Of a DNA stretch of 64,000 nt, positions 36,901-46,600 are shown piece after piece. Both the position numbers and the translations under genes were made by a program. The number at the start of each line of letters is the position of its first letter. The first letter of the stretch is position 1. Below the pieces are notes generated by a model. That model was not told where the DNA came from, searched no databases, and saw nothing but the letters and a program-made list of their open reading frames with translations. The stretch lies in the IMG/VR virus record IMGVR_UViG_3300042924_003416, positions 1 to 64,000 of that record; one strand, written 5' to 3'. This DNA comes from a virus.

Positions 36901-37382
36901 TGTTAAAACAAGCAACTGCTCAAAGAGTCTATGATCAGAATACAGTTGCTAACCAACAGTTTGATAATGCTAAGTTGGCAATGAGAAATCAGTTAAGAAA
37001 CTACTATACTAATGCAATTACTAACAGATGGAAAACAGATGCTCTTAATCAAATGTTCCCTAACTATGCTGTATCTGCTGGAGTAGGTGGAAGAATGGAT
37101 TATAGACCTTCAGAAAGAACTCCTAACCCAACACAGACTACAGGTAAAACTAGAGAAGAGTGGTTCATGTGGTGTAAAAACAATGGAGATCCTAATCCTT
37201 CTGCATGTGCTCAAAGAATGATGGATAATAAAGGAAGTTCAAGTAGTAGCAGTGATGGGGCAGATGCAAACATGATTAAAACTATGTATGGTCAATATGG
37301 TGGGGCTATGTATCCAGATGATGATTTTTATGAAGATGGAGGATATGTACATGTTAATTCATGGCTACCATTTATAATGTAA
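33909..37382 (+). CDS. Putative cargo protein, 1157 aa
   Basis: EAEGGE...GPRHAQGGVP motif of a kind seen in Bacteroidetes phage virion proteins, a Q/M/E-rich tract, and a C-terminal A/Q/N-rich coiled coil. Confidence 0.7.
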   Translation: MIKVRIKKVPKARTGYQVQGALVNDVPAMGGMDYNAYIGKEKLKESKYITAVPREEANLEAEGGETVYGDINGDGMPEHKIIKGPRHAQGGVPLSLPEDTFIFSDTRAMRIKDPEILTMFGKGGANKSFTPAELAKQYDVQKYRKLLEDPDTDAIERKTAELMIKKYVIKLGCLALTQESMKGFPQGIPAVAKPCMEAKGLTEQDILPSKEIQGLNEQLKQQMQQQEGGDENQVQEAVDMNEGNPVAEPTQQEPQGEMPPSPEEMMMYGGHRRLRRGQMGMEQVPQEMMEPQQEQGGGDEMMEIVQEVQSALERGADPSEVVMNLLENNVPPQAIVEIFAQLGADPQQAAGLVEQVISQAQGGGQEQMMQEQPMSEEEAMMMQQQQMQQQAPPMAMYGMTMGGYDMPFFDIPQAEYGMSMGSGMSQNYQGRPKRIPGSGPMFPLTRADNGIVVDGSNMTEEQLQRAIWNEQQKALKDWKDKNPGKDPKTSGYKEPQINVKRKDASGKVITSKLKSSGFIIPEGKDISDLKGFPDTPRGRTVAAQYMLIEDNLKNPIVQAEIIKNTKEAIENPDAWTGKGGKRNANNTWSKKYGSLPDDEEIIKQALNHQKRNLMFEANEVDPQLFTDVGDALDKASTVVSEKYINPKTGKPYTLKEAQSELKRLTDKGYTSIAKMSEKLKVPLDPLGKDRVLQQATMHSYAKSYQNFQKGDYDSNPDAKYAMDNFLGNVSLVHAGANDETSMGALYGTIGNKISPLDDKYNYANNNWYDFANSSKGDSRFTTYGDTSAGHRYMVGKRNYEFEDLPPEVDPNCQCADPNKPNYGQYKDANGNCSCTPPDVPKDKPKNCPCRKSDGTEINMTPDKDGNCPPCTEEQTIETPAPPAEWWLQDTIKTTGAFGDLMGIKKYMPWAPGVELGTPRPTFMDPTRELAANAEQANIQTQGMAQFAGPQALSARSSGIQGQAAKNAADVLAKYNNANVNVANQFEMKANDIRNQESMLKQATAQRVYDQNTVANQQFDNAKLAMRNQLRNYYTNAITNRWKTDALNQMFPNYAVSAGVGGRMDYRPSERTPNPTQTTGKTREEWFMWCKNNGDPNPSACAQRMMDNKGSSSSSSDGADANMIKTMYGQYGGAMYPDDDFYEDGGYVHVNSWLPFIM

Positions 37383-37404
37383 ACTTTACAAGTTTATTAA
37401 ACTT
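37380..37404. repeat. TAAACTT-TAC-AAGTTTA-T-TAAACTT overlapping inverted repeats
   Basis: Same element as at 28789-28805. Confidence 0.5.
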
Positions 37405-37438
37405 AAAAAATTTTAATAGTTTTACACAAACATAAATT

Positions 37439-40400
37439 ATGGCAACGTATTTACAAGGAGTCACAGATTATATACCAGATTATCAGCCGTTTCAGCCGGA
37501 TTTAAATTTCTATTCTAATCTATTACAGGCTAAACAAAGTCAATATGATACTAATTGGAAACAATTAAATAATCTTTATGGTCAATTATATGGTGCTGAT
37601 TTAACTCATGATATGAATATCAAGAAGAAAGATGAACTATTAAAACAAATTGACTTTAATCTTAAAAGAGTATCTGGGTTAGATCTTTCTCTAGAGCAGA
37701 ATGTAGATCAAGCAACACAAGTATTTAGACCATTTTATGAAGATCAGTATCTTATGAAAGATATGGCTTGGACTAAAAACTGGAAAAATACATATCAGTA
37801 TGCTGAAGGTTTAAGAAAGTCACAAGATAAAAAACAAAGAGAACAGTGGTGGAAAGAAGGTGTTCAAGGTCTTGAGTTAAGAAGACAAATGTTTAAAGAT
37901 GCAAATCTTGAAGAAACATTAGGAATGGCAAATGCTGAATATACACCCTTTGTCAATGCTGGTCAAACATACTTTGATCTTGCTAAAAAATATAATGTAG
38001 GAAAGATAGAGGAAAAACCTGATTCTTCTGGATTATATATGGTAAGAAAAAAGAATGGAGAACTTATTCTTCCTACATTACAAAATATGTTTTTAGCTGA
38101 ATATGCAAATAATCCTGGAATACAGGACATGTATAGAGAAGCTGCTTTTGTAGAAAGGATGAACTATGCTTATCAAAATAAAGATAAATTTGGTAGTGTA
38201 CTTGAAGCAGAAAAAGATTACATTAAAACTAAGTATGATTATATTAAAAATTATGCTTCAAAAAATAATGCTAAAGCTCAAGATGAGTTAAGTGTTACTA
38301 AAAACTTACAAGGTTCATTAGAAGAAGATGTTAAAAAAGGAAATGTTAATCCTCAGCAACAATCTTATGCAGAACAACTTCAAAGTCTTTTAGCAGTAAA
38401 TAGTGCTGTAGCAGACAATGCTGAAAAAGTAAATAGTCAAATTAATGATAAACAAGCTACTACTACACAAAAAGGTTATGATGAAGATATACTATCTGAT
38501 TTAGACTTAGCAAGATTAAAAGTTGATGCTGGATTTGCATCTATAAGAGCAGAACAAGATATACTAGGTGCTGCAAATAATTATGCAGATCTAAATAGTG
38601 AATTTATAGTTAAAGCAAATCCTGTTGGTCTTGAGTTCTTAAGACATAAACATGCTACTCAAAGACAAGCACAATCAGCTAGAGATAGACAAGCAGAGAT
38701 ACAACAGAGACATGAGAATGCAATGTTTCAAAAAGCTGTTGATTATAATGTGAGTAGAAATTACTGGTCATTTGATGAGAATGGTAAATTAAATACTAAC
38801 CCTCAAGCAAATGGATTTAATTCCACATTTACAACTCCAGATGGAACAAATACTGAAGGTAAATTTACTTTTGATGCTTTGCAAAAAATGGCAAGAGAAC
38901 AGTTAATTAAAAATAATGCTGCTGGTGGTGTTGATGCTTTAATGAAAATGATTCATGCAGGTGTTACTAGTAATGGAGGTTCACAATTTACTGCAGCTCA
39001 ATTAGCAAAAATGATAACTAAAATTAATCCTAGTGATCCTACTGCTAAAAGAATTCTTAAAGAAGGAAGTACTCCAGAGAATTTAAAACAAATTCAACAA
39101 GTATGGAATAATGTTTGGAATAGTTATAAAAAAGATCCTAATGGTTTCACAATGAGAACAGCAAGTTCAGGACAAATTCATAATCTACATGAGGTTATGA
39201 AAAACTGGGCTGGTGCACATTCTGCTACATCATTAGCACAAGACTTTAGTAAGAATCAATCTTTAATTCAATTAGAGCAACTTGGAAGAGCTGACATGGC
39301 ACTGAATGAAACACGTAATAAAAACTATGACAATATTAAAGCTAAGTTTTCACAAGACTTAAATTATATAGTTAAGAAAGTTAAAGAAAAAGATCCTAAA
39401 GCATATGCTAATGTAACAGATGCTAAAATAGAGCAAGCTGTTAATTTAATGATTAATAGATATGTTCTTGATGGTAAAGGTCATACAGAAGAGTTTAACA
39501 AAATTGCTCCTGAAATAGATAGACAGGTGTCAGCAATACTTGGATTTAATATTGGTAAAAGTACTAATCAAGCTTCAGAAGCTAAATGGTATAACTATGT
39601 GTTTCCTTTAACTAATATACCAAGAATTCTTGGTGACGGAAGAGAAACTGTAGAAGGTTCAGCATCATGGGTAGCTGATGTATTTGATCAATCTTTTGAT
39701 GAACTTACAAATTTAGATCCTGATAATGGTGGTTTAACACCTTATTTTCCTAATATTAAAAAGTCAGGAGATGATAATCAATATGGTCTTGCTACTGAAA
39801 CAACAAATATAAAAGTTGCTCCAGGAGTTAATTGGGATCCAGGAAATCAATCTGCATCAGGTATGTTCTCTACAATTTTAGGAACTCTTTGGGATCAAGA
39901 TATAAATCAATATAGGATAACATTGGAAGGTAATCAATTACCAGCAGACGTAGAAGCTCCAACAGGTATTGATAAATCTGAAGCACTTGCAATTGTAAGA
40001 GAACTTCAAGGAAGATTAAATACTGATGATAAACTAGAACCATTTTTTATAGGTGCAACATCTATGTCAATGGAAAGTGAAAAGCTAGGTTCTATGAAAT
40101 TAATGGCACCAAGAGATGTTATTGAAAAAGTTATTAAAAGTATGGCTGGTGATGATGTTAAAGAATTAGATATAAAAGCTAAAATAGATAATATTTATCA
40201 GAAAGGTATTACATTTATTGCTCCTAAACAAACTTGGGAAAGTAATAGATTATTTAACATGCAATTTGCTACTCCTACAGAAGCAGCATTAAGAGTTGGA
40301 CCAATTAAATATGAGGATCCTAATGGTAACGGTAGATACAGAATTGAGAAAGTACCAGGTTCTGGAGACTATATTGGTATAGTTGAATTAAATGAACTTA

Positions 40401-40636
40401 AACCTAATGGTGAGGTAAATGTCCTTACTAGACAGTGGGATGTAAATGTAAAAAGTGGAAAGACTATTGATTTAAAAGAACAAGAAAGTTTTAACATGAT
40501 TCAAAGTGCAATTCCATTAAATCTTGATATGTTTAAAAGAATACATCAATCTGGAGATCCTGCTACATTAGAAAAGGCAACTAAAAATCTCGGACAAAGA
40601 CCTAATAATCCTTTTTGGAACTATAATAAGAAATAA
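37439..40636 (+). CDS. Putative cargo/ejection protein, 1065 aa
   Basis: N-terminal YQPFQPDL...KQSQYD helical domain; no Cys seen; position in the cargo train. Confidence 0.65.
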   Translation: MATYLQGVTDYIPDYQPFQPDLNFYSNLLQAKQSQYDTNWKQLNNLYGQLYGADLTHDMNIKKKDELLKQIDFNLKRVSGLDLSLEQNVDQATQVFRPFYEDQYLMKDMAWTKNWKNTYQYAEGLRKSQDKKQREQWWKEGVQGLELRRQMFKDANLEETLGMANAEYTPFVNAGQTYFDLAKKYNVGKIEEKPDSSGLYMVRKKNGELILPTLQNMFLAEYANNPGIQDMYREAAFVERMNYAYQNKDKFGSVLEAEKDYIKTKYDYIKNYASKNNAKAQDELSVTKNLQGSLEEDVKKGNVNPQQQSYAEQLQSLLAVNSAVADNAEKVNSQINDKQATTTQKGYDEDILSDLDLARLKVDAGFASIRAEQDILGAANNYADLNSEFIVKANPVGLEFLRHKHATQRQAQSARDRQAEIQQRHENAMFQKAVDYNVSRNYWSFDENGKLNTNPQANGFNSTFTTPDGTNTEGKFTFDALQKMAREQLIKNNAAGGVDALMKMIHAGVTSNGGSQFTAAQLAKMITKINPSDPTAKRILKEGSTPENLKQIQQVWNNVWNSYKKDPNGFTMRTASSGQIHNLHEVMKNWAGAHSATSLAQDFSKNQSLIQLEQLGRADMALNETRNKNYDNIKAKFSQDLNYIVKKVKEKDPKAYANVTDAKIEQAVNLMINRYVLDGKGHTEEFNKIAPEIDRQVSAILGFNIGKSTNQASEAKWYNYVFPLTNIPRILGDGRETVEGSASWVADVFDQSFDELTNLDPDNGGLTPYFPNIKKSGDDNQYGLATETTNIKVAPGVNWDPGNQSASGMFSTILGTLWDQDINQYRITLEGNQLPADVEAPTGIDKSEALAIVRELQGRLNTDDKLEPFFIGATSMSMESEKLGSMKLMAPRDVIEKVIKSMAGDDVKELDIKAKIDNIYQKGITFIAPKQTWESNRLFNMQFATPTEAALRVGPIKYEDPNGNGRYRIEKVPGSGDYIGIVELNELKPNGEVNVLTRQWDVNVKSGKTIDLKEQESFNMIQSAIPLNLDMFKRIHQSGDPATLEKATKNLGQRPNNPFWNYNKK

Positions 40637-40638
40637 AA

Positions 40639-43600
40639 ATGGCAGAAGAAACAATAGGTGGTGCTGAAAATTTAGAAAGTCAACCATCTGCTTTTGATCA
40701 ATTACTAGCAAAAAGTGATATGTTAAATCCAGCAAGGATTGAACAACCTATGGCTCCAAAAGTTAATTGGCAAGATAACTTTGTTAACCCAACTAATTAT
40801 ATAAAAGATAATACTGCAGGTGTATCTCCTAACTATCCTCCTTCAGAAGTAAAAGCTGCACAAAGAAGTGGTGCAATGGGTGGTAGTTTTGAAGCAATCC
40901 TAGATAAAGGGATGGCTAAAATTAATGGTATGTCTGACGTAGGTTCATATGCAGAACCTTATGCATATGATACATCTCCTAAAGGTACATTTAGAGATAG
41001 ATACAAAGGATATGGTCAAGAAACATTTAATAAAATTGGATTTCATCCACTTATAGATAATGAAACTTGGTTTAATCAGAATACTACATTTGGTGATGAT
41101 TTAAAAAGATGGTCAACTAATTCTCTTTGGCCAATGGTTTCTAAAGGATTTATGGATCCTATTAAATCATATCAAAGTATAATGAATGGTGATGGTCTTT
41201 TCAATGCAGATGAACAAAGTGCAAGAGACTATGAATATTATAATGCAATTGGTGCATCAACTAAAGGTGGTCTAGGTGGGTTTACTGTAAACTTACTTAA
41301 CTCTGCATCTTATTCTATGGGTATCTTACTTGAAGGTGCTGTAGAAGGAGCACTAATTGGAGGAATGTTTAGTGGTGGTAATCCAACTGCTGGTGCATTA
41401 GAAGGAGGTGCTGCATTTGCAAGAAAGTTAGGTAGTTTACCTAAGTCATTAATAGATGCTACAAAAGCAACTGGTAAGTTACTTTCTAGTGTAAAAAATT
41501 ATTCCAACTTAGCAAAAGCAAAAGAACTATATAAATCTGCCGGCTCAAGTTTTGGAAATTTTATAAATCCATTACATAATACATTTGAAGCATATCATCA
41601 ATTAAAAAATACTGATAACATAACAAACCTTGCAAGAAGTTCTGCTACTGCAGGAGCACTTTGGCATGATATGATGTCTATGAACCTAGCACTTTCAGAA
41701 GGTAAACTTGAAGGTGGTTTTACAAGATATCAAGGATATGATAAATTATATAATGAATTTATGGCTGATCCTAAGAATGGGGGTAAACCTCCTTCATTAG
41801 AAGAGCAAGAGTCAATGATGAGACAGGCATCTAAAGGTGCATGGTTAAATACTACTCTTAACACAGGCCTTATATTTCTTAGTAATAAAATAGCATTCCC
41901 ATCTATTACAAATGCAAGTTTTCTAAAAGGAGTTCCTAAGTTTGCTTTTGGTAAAGTTGTTGGTAATGTTGGAAAAGAGTATCAAATATTATTTGATCCT
42001 GGTAAAAAAGCTTTAGAAGGTGTATTTGCAAAACAAAAAATAAGTTTTGGAAATGCAATTAAATCATTAGCAAAACCAGCAACATATGGTAAAGTAGGTT
42101 TAAACTATTTTAAAGCCAATGTTGTTGAAGGTGGTCAAGAAGTTTCTCAAGATGTATTACAAGAAGCAGTTCAAGATTATTATGTTCAATCTTATAAAAA
42201 TAAAGATGCAAGAAATTATAGATACGGTGCTGGTTTATTAGGTAGTGCAATCAGTAAACAATGGAACACTCAAGGTCTTGAAACATTTCTTTCTGGTTTT
42301 TTAATGGGTAGTATATTACAAGCTCCTGGAAAAATTAAGAGTTATGCAACAATGGGGTATAATGATTACTTTAAAAAAGATGCAAGTTATCAAGAATATA
42401 TAAAAGGTAGAGAACAAGTTGCTGATGATGTAGTAAATGAATTAAACACCATGTACAAAAGTGGTGATTATTTTTTTGATCCAAGAATTAATAACTATGC
42501 TAATCAAGCACTAGCTGCTAATGTAGTAGATGATCCAGATAGTCATACTACAAAAGAAATAAAAGATACTGAATTTGCTGCTTTCCAATCAGCTGTACTT
42601 GGTTCATTACAAAGAGGAACATTTGATATGTTCTTAAATCATTATAAGGGTTATAAACAAGCAACTCCAGAAGATATTGAACAAGCATGGAATTTAAAAC
42701 CAGGTGAAGGTGTAAAAGCATTAGAAAGATTTGACAAAGCAATAGAAAATGCAGAAAAAATCCGTGATAGATGGAACACTGCAAAAGACAAAATGAAATT
42801 CATGGCAAATCTTGATGACTATGAAGAAGGTAGTGATGAGTATAAGATAGCTGAAATTTATAACAAAGCATATAATCAGTCTTTATATAATTATGTTTTC
42901 TTACATAACTCATATGATGACAATGTCAATAGATTAGGTAAGCTGTATCAAAATCTTTCTTCTTTATCTGTAATAAAAAATTCTACTTTCTCTGACTTTG
43001 TGGGGTTAGTTGATTCTAACAGACTGTCTCAAGAAATTGAAATGCTTAAAACAGAAGTAGAAAGTTTAGAAAGTTTTGGAACAACAGAAGCACTTACTGA
43101 AGCTGCAAGAAAAAGAGGATTATCTGAATTGTATTCAAAATTTCAAGAGAAACAAGAGGAACTTGTAGATTTGTTTGTAAACAAAAGTTTCCTTGACAAT
43201 ATTGTTAATGAAATAAAACAAGAAGATCCAGATCTTACTGATAATCAGGCTACTATAAAAGCAATTAATAAAGTAGTTGATGATTATGATCAAGGTAAAA
43301 GTAATGAGTTCATAGAATATAAAGAAGCATTTTCTGAATTACTTTATGGAATGGCTGAGACTCCTGAAAAGAAACTAAAACTTGAGGAGGAAATACAAAA
43401 TGTTGGTGGTATTGATGTTCTATTTGATGAACTTTTAGATACACATATTCTTAAAAATGAAAATGCAAGATTAATTCAATATGTTAATACACTTGCAAAT
43501 CCAAGAGAGTTCTATGAACACTTGATGAGAAACTTTAAGTTTATGAAAGACCTCTATGATAATAGAGAGGAAACCATAAAGGAAATTGTAAATGGAGAAA

Positions 43601-46600
43601 TTGAAGCAATTGAGAACAATACTTTATTAAATACATTAGCTGATCAAGGTATATACATTGATCTAGAGGAGTTTGCTAAGTGGGTTGAAAATAAAAGATA
43701 CTTACCTGAAGAATTTTTTGATGTTAAAAATAAAAGAGTTATTACTAAAGGTTCTGTACTTTATCAAGACATACTAGATATCTTTTTTAGAGCAGCACAA
43801 CTTGCTGAAAAAAAACCGGCAGGTGATCCTTTAACTCAGAAACAATTACTTGATAAAAAAATTGAGGATCTTGAAAATGATAGAGGTATAGCTTTACAAA
43901 AAGAATTTGATAAGTATGTTGAAGCTTTTAAGAAAAGATATGGATTTACTCCAGAAGAATATGAAGCACAAGAAGAAGCAAGAGTTGCAGAAGAAGAAAT
44001 TAGTGAAGAAGATAGAAAAGAAGCAGAAAGTTTAAAAAAGTTTCTTGAAAATGCTGCAGAAAAACTACAGTCAGATAATTATATTGAAGTACAAGCAGCA
44101 GCTGAAGCTGTTGTAGAGAGGATATTTGATAAAGAAGGAGAAAGAGCTCCAGAAGAGTTCTTTCAAGAACAAGTTGAAATTTATGAAAATGATCCTGAAA
44201 AAAATGCAGTAATCAGAGAACTGATTAAAAAGTTTGATAGTGAAGACATAGCTGATAATGTTGATGCAGCATTAAAATCTCAAATCTATGGAGAGGCTGT
44301 TGCTACTGCACTTAATTTAATAAATGAAACACTTAGTAAAACACCTGCAGCACCTACAATAGATGTAGAGAATACCAAAGAATACCTTGCATATCAAGAA
44401 GCAATTCAAGCTATCAATGATAAGTTTGATGCTCTTATTTCTGAGGTAAAAGAAACTTTTAGACAAAAAGGAGTAGATGAAAATACTCCAGATGAATATA
44501 CTACTAAAACTGATTTTGAAGACTTTGATTTACCTTATCAAGAAGAAATAACAAATCTATTTGATCAGTATTTAGTAGATATATTAGGTGAGTCAATTGA
44601 TATTAAAACCAAAGATCCTCTTGAATATGAAAGATTAAGAACAAACTGGTTGGAACAACAAACACCTTTGATTGCAAAGTTTAATCAACAAGCAAAAGAA
44701 ATTGCTTTAGAAAAAGCAAGAAAACTTGCTGAACCACCTCAATTAAAATTTATTCCTGATCTTAAAATTAATGCTCAAACTACTACATATACTATAGCTT
44801 CTTTAATAAATAGATTTAAAAAGTTTTTAGAAAATGGAGAATATACTGATCCTAAGAGTAAAAAATTAATACAGTTAACTCCTGAAGATATTCAAAATAT
44901 TAATGATGATATAGAATCATTAAATGGATATCTTAATGCAAGAGTAGCTGTAGCTGCACCAAGAAATATTGCAGAACAAACTATTGACATTATTCAAGAG
45001 TATGTGATTAACAAACAAAGTGAACTTGTTGATTTACTTGATGAAGACGGCAATGTAATAGGTAGAACTTTTAAAGACAGAGGTCCTGGAGATCCTGTTC
45101 CTGATCGTACTACTCAAGTAGCAGAAGAAATAGAGAATAGTTTAAAGGACAAAGATTCATTTGAGTATAGTCCAATTAAACCTCAAGTAGATGAAGAAGG
45201 GAATGTTTCACTTTCTCCTGTTGAAAGATTGTATAATCAGTTTTTTAAAGATCCTGAAATTGTCCCTGAAGATCGTATTAGACTATTCATGGATGCATTT
45301 AAGAGAGAAGCATTTAGAGGTTGGAAAGAATTTAGATATCCTGAAAAACTTGAGGCAGTTGAAAATTCATTAAAGACTGTTGGTACATATGATGACTTAA
45401 GAAAAACTATAAGTAAATATGCATTTAAAGAATCAGCAGATGCTGGTGATTATGTTGATGGACTAATTAGAATATTCTTAACTCCTAATGCAGCTACAGC
45501 ATCTAACTTTAGTGAGTTTACTCATGATTCTACTGTACAAATTAAAGGTCGTGATATTAAGGTATCAGATATAATGTCTAGAAAAGCATTTGACAAATTG
45601 TTTTCTCCTGTTACTCCAACAAGTCCAGGTGGTATTATTACTAAGTTTAGACTAGGTATTGTAGATGGAACATACATGATTCTTTCTGAAAACGTAAAAT
45701 TATTTGACAAGTCTTTAAGAAATGGTAAAGGTGTTACAGGTGAGGTAGATTTACTTCTTGTTAGAGAAGATGGTTCAGTAGCTATTGTAGATATTAAAAC
45801 TAAATCTCTTAAAGAAAGAAAAGGTAAATTAGTTAGTGGTTGGAAAGACTTTGGTAATCCAGATGCTAAATATGAAAGTTCAACATACTTTAGAGCTCAA
45901 CAATCTATATACGGATATCAGTTTTATAATAATACAGCTATTACTCCTGATCTTAAACTAATGCCATTTGATATGTTGCTTAGTAAAGAGAAGATAGGTT
46001 ATATAGAAGATATAGATTTAGCAGAGATTCTTGAAGATGGTAAAGATACTATTGACTTAGAATACTTACCAGAGATAGAAAACTTTGGTATTCAAAAGAT
46101 AACTCCAGAGATCAAAGCTCCAATTAAAAGAGAAGAAGTAGAAGCTAAAGTTGAAGAAGGTCTTCCTGAATCAGATCCTACAATGAACACATTAAAAGAC
46201 AACTTAAACAAAGCTGTAATCTATAATGGTCGTTCAGGTAAACTAGTAAGAATGCCTGATGGTGGATTTGGTGTTGAAGTAATAACAAATGATGATATAA
46301 CTACATTACAACTTACATTAGATACATTACAAGCCAATCTTGATATAGAAAAACAATATGGTTCAGAAGAATCTATTGCTGAATTAGAAAGAGATATCAA
46401 AAGAATATCTGATGCTATTGAATCTAATAAAGGTATTACAGAAATATTTCCATTACAAGAAAATCTAAATAAAGTTACTAATGGAGATGTTTCTTTTGAT
46501 AAAGTGGGTCTTCAACTTGTAATACCAATTGATAAAGTAGGTCAGTTATCAACTGTTAAAGGCCAAGTCATTAATGCATCTTTCTCTAATAAAGAAGAAA

